NCBI GenBank assembly: GCA_963665115.1
Contig: OY762007.1
Span: 2,560,001 to 2,624,000 of the forward strand
Length of the DNA: 64,000 bases
DNA from: an uncultured Rivularia sp.
GTDB lineage: Bacteria > Cyanobacteriota > Cyanobacteriia > Cyanobacteriales > Nostocaceae
Direction of reading: 5' to 3'
Below, in pieces: positions 1-9,769 of the stretch (position 1 is the first letter of the stretch; the number at the start of each line of letters is the position of its first letter). The notes under the pieces are model-generated. The model saw nothing but the letters and a program-made list of their open reading frames with translations, ran no database searches and was not told where the DNA came from. Both the position numbers and the translations under genes were made by a program.

Positions 1-49
1 GTAGGTTTTATACAGAATTTCTCTTTATAAATCAAAAAGTGGTTAGGAA

Positions 50-1021
50 ATGAGCAATCCCCGTGTTTTATGTTTGGGTGAAATACTATATGACGTGCTT
101 GCCGATCAATTAGGGCGATCGCTCTCAGAAGTTGAATCCTGGACTTCTTATCCAGGAGGGGCACCAGCGAATGTTGCTTGTGCCCTACTAAAACTGGGAA
201 CGTCATCAGGATTTATTGGCGCAGTGGGTGAAGATGAACCCGGAAAGGATCTAGTAAAGCTTTTAGAAGAAATTGGTGTAGATACAACTGGGGTGCAGCG
301 TCATCCCTCTTCACCTACCCGACAAGTATTAGTGACGCGAAAACAAAATGGCGATCGCGTGTTTTCTGGATTTAAGGATTATGACACCGCAGAATTTGCC
401 GATACTCGTCTCAAAGCTGCCGAATTGCCAGAAAATTTATTTGCAGCAGCCGAAATTTTAGTCATCGGAACATTAGAATTAGCCTATCCCGAAACTGGTG
501 CAGCAGTTCACCGTGCGCTACAGTTAGCTTCTCAACACAATGTGAAGATTTTGCTTGATGTCAACTGGCGCGATGTATTTTGGAAAAATCCCGATGCTGC
601 TCCCGAAAAAATTCGCGAATTAATTAAAAAAGTAGATTTCCTCAAGCTTGCTAAGGAAGAAGCCGACTTATTATTTGATACTCACGATGCCGGGGCAATT
701 ACTTATCGCCTCAACACTGTAGAAGGGGTATTAGTCACCGACGGAGATAAAGGTTGTGCTTATTGTCTCGGTGAGAATGAAGATAAATTTCCGGCTTTTT
801 CCGTTCCTGTTGTTGACACAACTGGTGCGGGGGATAGTTTTGTCGCTGGCTTTGTTCACCAACTGTTGCAGACGGGAGTACAAAATTTAAAGGATGCGGA
901 AGTCGTGAAAAAAATCATCGCTTATGCCAGTGCTGCGGGAGCTTTGACTACATTAAAACCCGGTGCTATTGCTTCTCAACCTACAGCAGAGGAAGTAGAA
1001 AAGTTTTTGAAGGAGCATTGA
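50..1021 (+). CDS. PfkB-family carbohydrate kinase (fructokinase-like)
   Basis: GGAPANVA N-terminal motif and DTTGAGDSF C-terminal PfkB signature. Confidence 0.92.
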   Translation: MSNPRVLCLGEILYDVLADQLGRSLSEVESWTSYPGGAPANVACALLKLGTSSGFIGAVGEDEPGKDLVKLLEEIGVDTTGVQRHPSSPTRQVLVTRKQNGDRVFSGFKDYDTAEFADTRLKAAELPENLFAAAEILVIGTLELAYPETGAAVHRALQLASQHNVKILLDVNWRDVFWKNPDAAPEKIRELIKKVDFLKLAKEEADLLFDTHDAGAITYRLNTVEGVLVTDGDKGCAYCLGENEDKFPAFSVPVVDTTGAGDSFVAGFVHQLLQTGVQNLKDAEVVKKIIAYASAAGALTTLKPGAIASQPTAEEVEKFLKEH

Positions 1022-1041
1022 ATATATCGTTTAAGTAGCAG

Positions 1042-1114
1042 GTAGGTTGGGTTAGACACGATTTACAGTTTGAAAGGCAATAGTAAATTTTTGATTATCG
1101 TGTCGTAACCCAAC
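1042..1114. repeat. GTAG-type palindromic intergenic repeat (GTAGGTTGGGTTAG...GTAACCCAACA)
   Basis: Imperfect inverted repeat; related copies at about 36365-36680. Confidence 0.6.
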
Positions 1115-1230
1115 ATCAATATTTTAGGTAAGTTCAAATATTGCACAATTTTTTATCGACAATCTTCTGATGAAAAGCTTGTCTGGCAGTTTCAACCGCC
1201 ATTAACTTAGTGTTTACCAAGAATTTCCCA

Positions 1231-1710
1231 TCACAATTTTTCTACAATATTCCGCACAATATCTTCAAGCGACTCTGATATCTCTACTGTAATAGCGTCT
1301 GATGGTTCTTCAAGGATATCAAATTGACTTTTAAGAAGTTTTTCGCTCATAAAGTGATTTAATCGTTCTTTTAAGCGTTTATGAATCAATTCAAATGAAC
1401 CTTTGAGATAAACCAGCTTTACAGATTCACTATCTATTAAAAGCATCTGACGATAACTTTCTTTCAAAGCCGAACAAGTTATAACTATATTTGTATTTTC
1501 TGACAAACGCTGTTTGATAACATCTTGGATTTTTTGCAGCCACGGTACTCTATCTGTATCACTTAATGCAATACCGTTTTGCATTTTGTCAATATTCTCT
1601 TGTGGATGGAAATCGTCAGCATCGGCAAATTTATATCCTAACGATTCTGCCAGTTTTTCACCAACGGTAGTTTTACCCGAACCCGAAACGCCCATTACAA
1701 GAATAATCAT
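1231..1710 (-). CDS. gntK: Gluconokinase (GntK/IdnK family)
   Basis: MGVSGSGKTT P-loop, DADDFHP, CSALK and HFM..LL.SQF motifs. Confidence 0.9.
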   Translation of the reverse strand: MIILVMGVSGSGKTTVGEKLAESLGYKFADADDFHPQENIDKMQNGIALSDTDRVPWLQKIQDVIKQRLSENTNIVITCSALKESYRQMLLIDSESVKLVYLKGSFELIHKRLKERLNHFMSEKLLKSQFDILEEPSDAITVEISESLEDIVRNIVEKL

Positions 1711-1922
1711 CTACAAATTTAAAGCTAAAATTACTGTTTTTTTAGAAAAATAATGTATAAATTTGATACTAATTTTCAAAAAATGTATCATTCATATACC
1801 AAAAACTTTTGCTCAATTCCTTCTTAATTTATAATATTTAAGCTAAAATTCGATGCATAAGTCTAAATAGTTTAACCCTATTTAATTACAAATCATATTT
1901 ATAGCTAAATAATAATTAAGAA

Positions 1923-3395
1923 ATGAGCGCTGAAATTAATCCAGGAACTCTAATCAATAATCGCTATATAATTCAGAAAACTCTGGGAAGGGGCGGGTTT
2001 GGAAGAACTTATTTAGCTTTAGATAATCAGCGTTTTAACGAACCCTGCGTTCTTAAGGAGTTCTTACCCGATACTCAAAACGAGGGCGTTATTGAAAAAT
2101 CAAAAGAATTATTTGAACGGGAAGCAAAAGTTCTATATCAAATTAAACATCAACAAATTCCTGAGTTTTTGGCTTTGTTGACTCACGATAGACAACTGTT
2201 TATCGTTCAGGAGTATATTAACGGCAAAACTTATTTACAAATATTAGACGAACGTCTTACTAAGACTCGGAAGCCATTTTCGGAAGCGGAAGTTAGAACA
2301 TGGCTTTTAGATATGCTACCAGTTTTAGAATATATTCACAGTTGTAATATTATTCACCGCGATATTTCATTAGAAAATGTCATGCTTGCCAATAATCAAT
2401 CGAAACCAATATTGATTGATTTTGGAGTTGTTAAAGAGAAGTTTACCCAAATATTTTCAAGTCATTCGTCCCAATCCTTTAGACAAGCTTCGGTAGTAGG
2501 AAAAATTGGTTATTCACCACCAGAACAATTGCGTTTGGGACATTGTTATCCTTCCAGCGATATGTACGCACTTGCTGTTAGTGCGCTGATTCTTTTGACT
2601 GGTAAAATGCCGCATTTATTAATAGATGACTCTTTAAACTGGAACTGGCAATCTCATGTAAATCTTAGTAACTCTTTAGCTGGCATTCTTAATAAAATGT
2701 TGGCAGCAGTACCCAGCGAACGTTATCAATCGGCAAAGGAAGTAATAGCAGGGCTAACAAATAATCAAAGTTATAATACCAATTTGAACCAGACGGTTAC
2801 TAATAATAACTTGAAGCCAAAAATGTCATTAGGTGGCATTATTTCAAGTATATTACCGAGAAGAACCCAACAGAACGAGCAACAGAATGCGAATAATGAG
2901 AATCATTTTGAACAACTTGGACAAACACCAGTTTCTCAAAATCCCCAATTTGTAGATTATTGTCGTTCCCAGCTTACTAGTTTTGTAGGACCTTTAGCTA
3001 GTATTGTGATGGAGCAAACTTTGTCAGAAAACCCCGATATGGTGTCCAAAGATTTTGTAGAAGTTTTAGCTCAAAAAATTCCAGACGCACAAAGAGCAGA
3101 AAGTTTTAGAAGTCAGATCAAACTTCTTAAAGAATATAAAACAGAACAACCTCGCAAGCTAAATCAATCGGTTTCAAGTTTAACAACCACTCCTGCAATT
3201 AGTCACCCAGACTTTCTAGATTATTGCCGTAGAGAATTTAGCAGTTTTGTGGGACCTTTTGCTAGTGTAGTTATTAAAGATACTTTAGAGGAAAATCCAG
3301 ATTTAACTCCGAAGCAACTTGTAGAAAGATTGATGACTGGAATTCCTAATCGCAAAAGAGCAAAGGAATTTGAACAACGGATTCTTAAAGATTGA
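1923..3395 (+). CDS. Hanks-type Ser/Thr protein kinase with two tandem C-terminal helical repeats
   Basis: GRGGFG, VLKE, HRDIS, DFG, YSPPEQ; repeated unit 'YCR..L/F.SFVGP.AS.V'. Confidence 0.92.
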   Translation: MSAEINPGTLINNRYIIQKTLGRGGFGRTYLALDNQRFNEPCVLKEFLPDTQNEGVIEKSKELFEREAKVLYQIKHQQIPEFLALLTHDRQLFIVQEYINGKTYLQILDERLTKTRKPFSEAEVRTWLLDMLPVLEYIHSCNIIHRDISLENVMLANNQSKPILIDFGVVKEKFTQIFSSHSSQSFRQASVVGKIGYSPPEQLRLGHCYPSSDMYALAVSALILLTGKMPHLLIDDSLNWNWQSHVNLSNSLAGILNKMLAAVPSERYQSAKEVIAGLTNNQSYNTNLNQTVTNNNLKPKMSLGGIISSILPRRTQQNEQQNANNENHFEQLGQTPVSQNPQFVDYCRSQLTSFVGPLASIVMEQTLSENPDMVSKDFVEVLAQKIPDAQRAESFRSQIKLLKEYKTEQPRKLNQSVSSLTTTPAISHPDFLDYCRREFSSFVGPFASVVIKDTLEENPDLTPKQLVERLMTGIPNRKRAKEFEQRILKD

Positions 3396-3552
3396 GAATG
3401 GGTAATTGGTAATAGGTAGTTGGTAATAGTATTTGCAAAAATTGTTACAATTTTGATTTGTATAACCCTTGATTTTTATCAGTCAAATTACTATTTTTTT
3501 GCTTGTAGAGTAAAATTTATTACTTTTTTTCAAGAAAAGAAAAATTAAATTA

Positions 3553-4716
3553 TTAAGGTGTATTGTTTGCAATCTTGTATATACAAACAACTTTCTCTCG
3601 CCATGTAGACTCTTTCACAAATTCCATCCCAATTTTTTCTAAAACTTTTATTGAAGTTTGATTTTCTGGTTCGACAATTCCTAAAATATAATCAAAATTA
3701 AACTTACCAAAACCATATTTCAAACAAGCCTTCGCTGCTTCGGTTGCTAAACCCTGTCCCCAAAATTCCGAATCAATTCTATAACCCAATTCGTTTTCAA
3801 GTTTACCTTCTATTTCTTCAACCGCAATTCCACAATAGCCGATTAAACGTCCGCTTTCGCGATAAATTACAGCCCATTTTCCATAACCTTGTTTTTGATA
3901 AGAATCAAGAAAACTTTGAACTTTTACGGCTGTTTGTTTATAGGATAATATACCACTGGGTGAAAATTGCATTACTTCAGGTTTCGCAAGAATTTGCGCT
4001 AATGCTTCAATATCTGAAACTTGAAACTCGCGAATAATTAAACGTTCGGTTTGAGTAATAATTTTTTCTTCAATATCATTTTTAGTTGTAGCTAAACTAG
4101 ATATTCTCAAAACCTTTGCTAACCACTTAGTTTTAGAATTTAACCACAGAGTAAAAACAAGAAATAAATGTATTGCAAGAGTTATTTGAGCATAGGGTTT
4201 TACCGAAAAATCGTATATTCTTACCCAATCTCCGCGAAAAGCAGTGAATGAAAGCAGCGGATAAGCTACCAGCGAGAAAACAAGTTGAGCTTGAGCAAAA
4301 GTGTAAAATAAATGTTTTAAAACTGCTTTTTTAACCAAAGGTACCGCTAGAATCGCTAAAAAACCTAAAGTAATCGAAACTAAATTACCGCTAAACGCAA
4401 TCCACCAAGATTCTACAGGAAGAAAATTTCCCACAGCGATAACATAACCCCAAGCAACTCGCCATTGAAATTCTCTAACTTCACCACCTACCTGTAAAGT
4501 AGCTAAAGCGTGTCCAACTTCGTGAAAAAACACTCCTAACGGAATTAAAATAAAAACTGCAACTCTTTCTAACAAAAATCTATCTTTGGCAGTTACTTTG
4601 TCATCCCAAAATGAACGCCAATTGTTGAATAAACGAAAAATGGTGTCAATGCTGAGAATAGCGTAAATAATCGCCATGAAATCGAATGATGAGTCATTGA
4701 ACATAAATAACCTCAA
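3553..4716 (-). CDS. Membrane HExxH (M50 peptidase-like) domain fused to a RimJ/RimL-type GNAT acetyltransferase
   Basis: Hydrophobic N-half with HEVGH; C-half has TERLIIR, ELGY, WGQGLATEA and N..S..VLEKIG. Confidence 0.75.
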   Translation of the reverse strand: MRLFMFNDSSFDFMAIIYAILSIDTIFRLFNNWRSFWDDKVTAKDRFLLERVAVFILIPLGVFFHEVGHALATLQVGGEVREFQWRVAWGYVIAVGNFLPVESWWIAFSGNLVSITLGFLAILAVPLVKKAVLKHLFYTFAQAQLVFSLVAYPLLSFTAFRGDWVRIYDFSVKPYAQITLAIHLFLVFTLWLNSKTKWLAKVLRISSLATTKNDIEEKIITQTERLIIREFQVSDIEALAQILAKPEVMQFSPSGILSYKQTAVKVQSFLDSYQKQGYGKWAVIYRESGRLIGYCGIAVEEIEGKLENELGYRIDSEFWGQGLATEAAKACLKYGFGKFNFDYILGIVEPENQTSIKVLEKIGMEFVKESTWREKVVCIYKIANNTP

Positions 4717-4717
4717 A

Positions 4718-5101
4718 TCAAATTAGTTTGATTGGGTAAGCACGAATTGCTTTATCCGCTGTTGCAATTGATAAATTATGTTGTAAAGCTTGACAAATCA
4801 ACATTCTATCAAAAGGATCGCGATGTAAAGACGGTAGTTTTGTAAGTTGAACTACACTGCTTTCATCTAGATTCAGATTAATAATTTGATGGCGATCGCG
4901 CTGTCTGGGAAGATAAATATCGGGAGGTTCTGGTAATGGTAATTTACCCAATTTATATTTAACAATACATTCCCAAATTGAAATAATACTTAAATAGACT
5001 TCATTGTCATAATCACAAATAGCATTTCTAACCTCTGTTGATAATCTGTTATCACCATTGACAAACCATAAAAAAATGTGTGTATCTAGAAGAATTTTCA
5101 T
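4718..5101 (-). CDS. vapC: VapC-family PIN-domain toxin
   Basis: LLDTH..LW, SIISIWE, HRDPFDRML..QA. Confidence 0.92.
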   Translation of the reverse strand: MKILLDTHIFLWFVNGDNRLSTEVRNAICDYDNEVYLSIISIWECIVKYKLGKLPLPEPPDIYLPRQRDRHQIINLNLDESSVVQLTKLPSLHRDPFDRMLICQALQHNLSIATADKAIRAYPIKLI

Positions 5102-5337
5102 TTGCCCTCAAATGCATCCAAAATATCATCTGGTAAAGGATCATCAAAATCATCGGGTACTGTAAATTCTCCTTTACACAAAGCAAATGGTCTTCGTGGC
5201 TTTTTATTATTTATAATTGGCTTAAGTTCGGCAATAGGCTTGTCTTCTTGCATAATAATAAAGCTTTCACCTGCTTCAACTTGATTTAGGTACTTTGAAG
5301 GATTTTCTTGAATTTCTTGGATTGTGATTTGTTGCAT
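5098..5337 (-). CDS. Phd/YefM-family antitoxin
   Basis: 79 aa; VEAGE...PIAEL and VPDDFDDPLP tail; 4-nt overlap with the PIN toxin gene. Confidence 0.88.
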   Translation of the reverse strand: MQQITIQEIQENPSKYLNQVEAGESFIIMQEDKPIAELKPIINNKKPRRPFALCKGEFTVPDDFDDPLPDDILDAFEGK

Positions 5338-5429
5338 TTAATTACTTTGGGATAATCTTATCAGGAAAGGAAATACTCAATTTGATTGTAAATCATTAGT
5401 TAAGTTAACTGAATAATAACTAATATCAC

Positions 5430-6071
5430 TTAATACAAACCAAATCGCTCATCTTGTTCAATTAAAGCCTGTATTTCTTCGACGCTTTCTTTAAGATTTG
5501 CTGCATCTACCATTGTTTGCGCTAACGATGGTAAATCATCGATAGATTGCCAATTGTCGCTTTGCCATATTTTAGAGCGCAACATACATTTAGCACAGTG
5601 AAAAAACGCTTTTTTAATATTAACTACAAGCGCAAAATCTGGAATTTTATTATTAATAGCCATACTTTCCCGCAAAGGTGCATCTCTGACAATAATTGCA
5701 CTTCCACTCATTCGCAAAGTTTCACCTTTACCCGGTACGAGAAAGAATAAACCAACTTTGGGATTTTCTAGTATATTTTGAAAAGTATCTGCTCGACGAT
5801 TTCCTAGTCTATCAGGAATAGCTAAGGTATTATCATCAAGTATTTGCACAAATCCGGGTGGATCTCCTTTCGGTGATATATCCATGTTTCCATTAGCATC
5901 TGATGAAGCGATAAATACTAAAGGTGATTTTGCAATAAAAGCGCGACAGTGTTTATCTAATTTTGGGATTACGATATCGGTGACTCGATGGCTGGGATAT
6001 CCCATTACTTCCCGCAGTTGTTCAACGGTGGTGATGATTTCGGAAAATTGAGTTTTCATGGGTGTTTTCAA
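5430..6071 (-). CDS. Pyridoxamine 5'-phosphate oxidase-family FMN-binding protein
   Basis: DISPKGDPPGFV, PDR.GN.R.D...NI..NP.VGL.F, FHCAKC..RS.IW. Confidence 0.85.
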   Translation of the reverse strand: MKTPMKTQFSEIITTVEQLREVMGYPSHRVTDIVIPKLDKHCRAFIAKSPLVFIASSDANGNMDISPKGDPPGFVQILDDNTLAIPDRLGNRRADTFQNILENPKVGLFFLVPGKGETLRMSGSAIIVRDAPLRESMAINNKIPDFALVVNIKKAFFHCAKCMLRSKIWQSDNWQSIDDLPSLAQTMVDAANLKESVEEIQALIEQDERFGLY

Positions 6072-6292
6072 CTTATTTTAAATTAAGATAGTTTATGAGG
6101 AAATAATAAATAGTCTTTTCTTATTCATCAATATTCTTTAGTAATGGGATAAATTCGATCGGCTATTCCCTATTTAAATAATGTCGGATTAGTTACAAAT
6201 TAACCTCAATCATTAAGAAAAATTAAAAAACCGTTTTTTTCAATCGACTGTTGAAGTTTTACTTAGAATATTACATGGGAGGTAAGTTATAT

Positions 6293-8188
6293 ATGACGGA
6301 TTTATCACAAAATAATCAAAATAATCTGCTTCTACTCGATAAATTAAAAAGCGCCAAACAAGAATATAACTATAGCTATAGTCGTATTCCACCGATTGCG
6401 ATGGTGGATGAACTTCCCGGTAAAGAGAATTTTTCTACTGGCTGGCTGCGTTTGTTGGCTAAGGAGTTAAAAGTTGTTTTTATCAATACTTTGATTGCAA
6501 ACCGGGGAAATCGTGGTTCTGAAAATGTTCGCGATGATGTCAGACTTTTTCTCCTCGAAGTGTTGGCTGAAGGAGCATTACCTTTTAATTTGGGTGTTAC
6601 TGCTAGAGTTTTACAAATTATTCCTAACTTATTACTTACAGGATTATCAAAAGATTATAGCGAAATCGACGAGTTGTTCTTTTCCATACTCAAGGAAAGC
6701 GGACTTTCAATTTTTCAAGATTCCTTGAATCGAGTTAAGAGCCTTCTGTATAAAGATCAAACTACCGGGCATGCAAGCAGTCTGAATGATTATCATAAGC
6801 TGTTTCCAGAAATGGGAGTACCGGAAATAGCTAAGAATTTCTCCGATGATGAACAATTTGCTTATATGCGAGTTGCTGGATACAATCCCGTAACGATCGA
6901 GCAAGTAAATAAATTGGGAGACAGATTTGGGGTTACGGAAGCTCAATTTCAAGAAGTAATGGGAAATGACGATTCTTTAGCCGCAGCAGGAGAAGAAGGA
7001 AGGCTTTACCTGGCTGATTATGGAATTTTAGAAGGTGCTGTGAATGGCACTTTCCCCAAACAACAAAAATATATTTATGCTCCCTTAGCGTTATTTGCTG
7101 TTCCTAAAAATTCCGATGAATCCCCTTTGATGCGTCCAATTGCGATTCAATGCGGTCAAAATCCGCAAGATAATCCTGTTTTCACGCCAAAATCTGATAA
7201 ATATACTTGGTTATTTGCAAAAACCATCGTGCAAATTGCAGATGCTAACTATCACGAGGCTGTAACCCATTTAGGGCGTACTCATTTATTTGTAGGGGCC
7301 CCCTTTGCGATCGCAACTCATCGTCAATTACCAGAAAATCATCCGGTTAATATTCTGTTGCTTCCCCATTTTGAAGGTACTTTAGCAATAAACCATGCAG
7401 CCCAAAGAAGTTTAATTGCTCCTGGTGGGGGTGTGGATAGATTACTTGCATCGACTATTGACAATTCCCGTGTTTTGGCAGCAGTTGGTTTGCAAAGCTA
7501 TGGTTTCAATGAAGCGATGTTGCCCAAGCAATTGGAAAAACGCGGAGTCGATGATATTGAAAAGCTACCTGTTTATCCATACCGCGATGATGCGCTGTTG
7601 ATTTGGAATGCGATTCATGTATGGGTTACAGACTACTTAAAAATTTATTATAAAAGCGATGCCAGCGTTCAAAACGACGCTCATCTTCAGAATTGGGCTA
7701 TTGAAGCAGCAGCTTATGAAGGTGGAAGAGTTCCAGATTTTGGTCAAGAAAATGGGCGCATTCAAACTTTAGATTACCTAATTGATGCTGTAACGCTGAT
7801 TATTTTCACTGCTAGCGCTCAACACGCTGCGGTTAACTTTCCGCAGGGAGACATGATGAACTATGCACCAGCAGTTCCCTTAGCTGGTTATCAACCTGCT
7901 TCAATTCTTGAAGGTAAAGTTAGCGAGGAAGACTACTTAAATTTACTTCCACCTTTAGAGCAAGCCCAGCAACAATTAAATCTAGTCTATATACTTGGAT
8001 CTATTTACTACAAAACTTTAGGTGATTACCCAGATAATTACTTCAAAGATGCCTTAGTCAAAACAGCTTTAAAAGCATTCCAAACAAATTTACTGGAAAT
8101 AGAAGATACTATTCATAAACGCAATAAAAATCGACCGAATTACGAATATTTGCTTCCTTCAAAAATTCCTCAAAGCATCAATATTTAG
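6293..8188 (+). CDS. lox: Lipoxygenase (non-heme iron)
   Basis: HEAVTHLGRTH, HAAVNF and C-terminal SINI iron ligands; W..AK and YRDD motifs; ATG at 6293 follows a GGAGGT RBS. Confidence 0.95.
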   Translation: MTDLSQNNQNNLLLLDKLKSAKQEYNYSYSRIPPIAMVDELPGKENFSTGWLRLLAKELKVVFINTLIANRGNRGSENVRDDVRLFLLEVLAEGALPFNLGVTARVLQIIPNLLLTGLSKDYSEIDELFFSILKESGLSIFQDSLNRVKSLLYKDQTTGHASSLNDYHKLFPEMGVPEIAKNFSDDEQFAYMRVAGYNPVTIEQVNKLGDRFGVTEAQFQEVMGNDDSLAAAGEEGRLYLADYGILEGAVNGTFPKQQKYIYAPLALFAVPKNSDESPLMRPIAIQCGQNPQDNPVFTPKSDKYTWLFAKTIVQIADANYHEAVTHLGRTHLFVGAPFAIATHRQLPENHPVNILLLPHFEGTLAINHAAQRSLIAPGGGVDRLLASTIDNSRVLAAVGLQSYGFNEAMLPKQLEKRGVDDIEKLPVYPYRDDALLIWNAIHVWVTDYLKIYYKSDASVQNDAHLQNWAIEAAAYEGGRVPDFGQENGRIQTLDYLIDAVTLIIFTASAQHAAVNFPQGDMMNYAPAVPLAGYQPASILEGKVSEEDYLNLLPPLEQAQQQLNLVYILGSIYYKTLGDYPDNYFKDALVKTALKAFQTNLLEIEDTIHKRNKNRPNYEYLLPSKIPQSINI

Positions 8189-8254
8189 CAAAAATAGGTA
8201 ATAGCATTAAGAATCTTTAAAACAGTAAATAAAAGTAAATAATAAAGGAAAATT

Positions 8255-9601
8255 ATGGCAATTAGAGAAGAAGTTATCAAATCTCAAAAACGTCAAATTG
8301 AGCTTTCACGTACTTTAGCTAAAGTCGGCTATGACAGTACAATTGGTCAAATACTACGTTTACGATTGTATTATCAAGACGGCTTATTATTGCTGCGGAA
8401 ATTTAAGAGTTTTCTTTATACAGCTAAAGAAGTGTTTGGAGACAAATTTTTCGGAGGAGACCAAGCAATTATACATACCTCTCATGCTGAAGTAAAGAAA
8501 CTAATGCAAGTCGAACCTCAAGTGCGGGGAAACGATTTGGGTATCATTAGAATGTTAGCTCCGAGCTATTTGCTTAACAACCCGTTGAGTTTGGGAATGA
8601 ACGGTACTCAACATACAGGTGCCCGTGCTTTATTTTTACAAGCTTTACCAGAACCCTCGCAAAACATAGAAACTTTAAGCAATTTAGTTAATCAATGTTT
8701 ATCAGAAGCAGCCCAAAAAGGCGAATTACATATTGGTAAAGACTTACCAAGAATGATGCTGAAAATTTTGCATCAACTTGTTTTCCAAATTTCATTATCT
8801 GAAGAAGAAATCACTGCATCAACTGGTTACAATAAAAAGCTGTTTCTGGCATCTCTACCAAATTTTTTGAATAAATATACGCTGGGATTACTAACAGCAC
8901 CAAGCGTTAAACATCGCCAGCAATTAACGCAGAAATACAAAGAATCCCCACTATGGTCATCTTATCTAGAAACGGGTGCCAAATATAACTTGAATCCACA
9001 TCAAATTGCTAATATTCTTTTTGATATGATTCATATTGCCGGAACTCTTGGTACTAGTGCGCTTTTGGGTTCTACCATTGGGGTTTTATGTTTAGATGAA
9101 GCTTTGAGAAATCAAGTAAGTTCAGAAATTAATACAGTTTGGAATGAGCAAGAAACTCTGAATGCAGATGCTTTAAATAATTCGGTATTAATTAACAAGG
9201 TAATTCTAGAAACCGCCCGTCTTTACCCAGCAGTAAGATTTGTTAGCCAGCTAGCCAAGGAACCAGGAGAAATAGAAATAGGTGAAGCAAAATGCCCATT
9301 CCAAAAAGGTACTCGCTTACTTGGTTCTATCTTTACTGCTAATAGAGATGCTGCAAGATACAATAATCCAGATAGTTTCGATATTGAACGCGATTTTTCA
9401 GATATTTTATCTTGGAACGGTCACGGACACGAACGCGCTTGTCCTGGAAGAGATTTATCCGTCGGCTTAATCAATATCTTCTGTTTATACTTGTTCAAAC
9501 ATTACAAATGGGATTCAATTACAGAAGTTAAATGGGAATTTGAAAAAGTGACTGCTGTGACACCAAATGAATTAGTGTTACAGGGTTTTGCGCGACGTTA
9601 A
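8255..9601 (+). CDS. Atypical cytochrome P450 (CYP74-like features; candidate fatty-acid hydroperoxide-metabolising enzyme)
   Basis: K-helix ETARLYP, PDSFDIER meander, heme loop SWNGHGHERACPGRD, I-helix AGTLGTS; 66 bp after lox with an AAGGA RBS. Confidence 0.85.
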   Translation: MAIREEVIKSQKRQIELSRTLAKVGYDSTIGQILRLRLYYQDGLLLLRKFKSFLYTAKEVFGDKFFGGDQAIIHTSHAEVKKLMQVEPQVRGNDLGIIRMLAPSYLLNNPLSLGMNGTQHTGARALFLQALPEPSQNIETLSNLVNQCLSEAAQKGELHIGKDLPRMMLKILHQLVFQISLSEEEITASTGYNKKLFLASLPNFLNKYTLGLLTAPSVKHRQQLTQKYKESPLWSSYLETGAKYNLNPHQIANILFDMIHIAGTLGTSALLGSTIGVLCLDEALRNQVSSEINTVWNEQETLNADALNNSVLINKVILETARLYPAVRFVSQLAKEPGEIEIGEAKCPFQKGTRLLGSIFTANRDAARYNNPDSFDIERDFSDILSWNGHGHERACPGRDLSVGLINIFCLYLFKHYKWDSITEVKWEFEKVTAVTPNELVLQGFARR

Positions 9602-9769
9602 TAAGAACTTAGGCATTAAGGATTGAGCATAGAGATAAGAATCAAAAAATACTCGCTCAAAAATAATTGGTTGTTGCTTTTTTATTCTGATCTAATCCAA
9701 AATCGTAAATCTGTCTTGGAAAGTTTGATGGGAAGAACATTTCTCTATCAACTTTCCACAAAATAAAAA

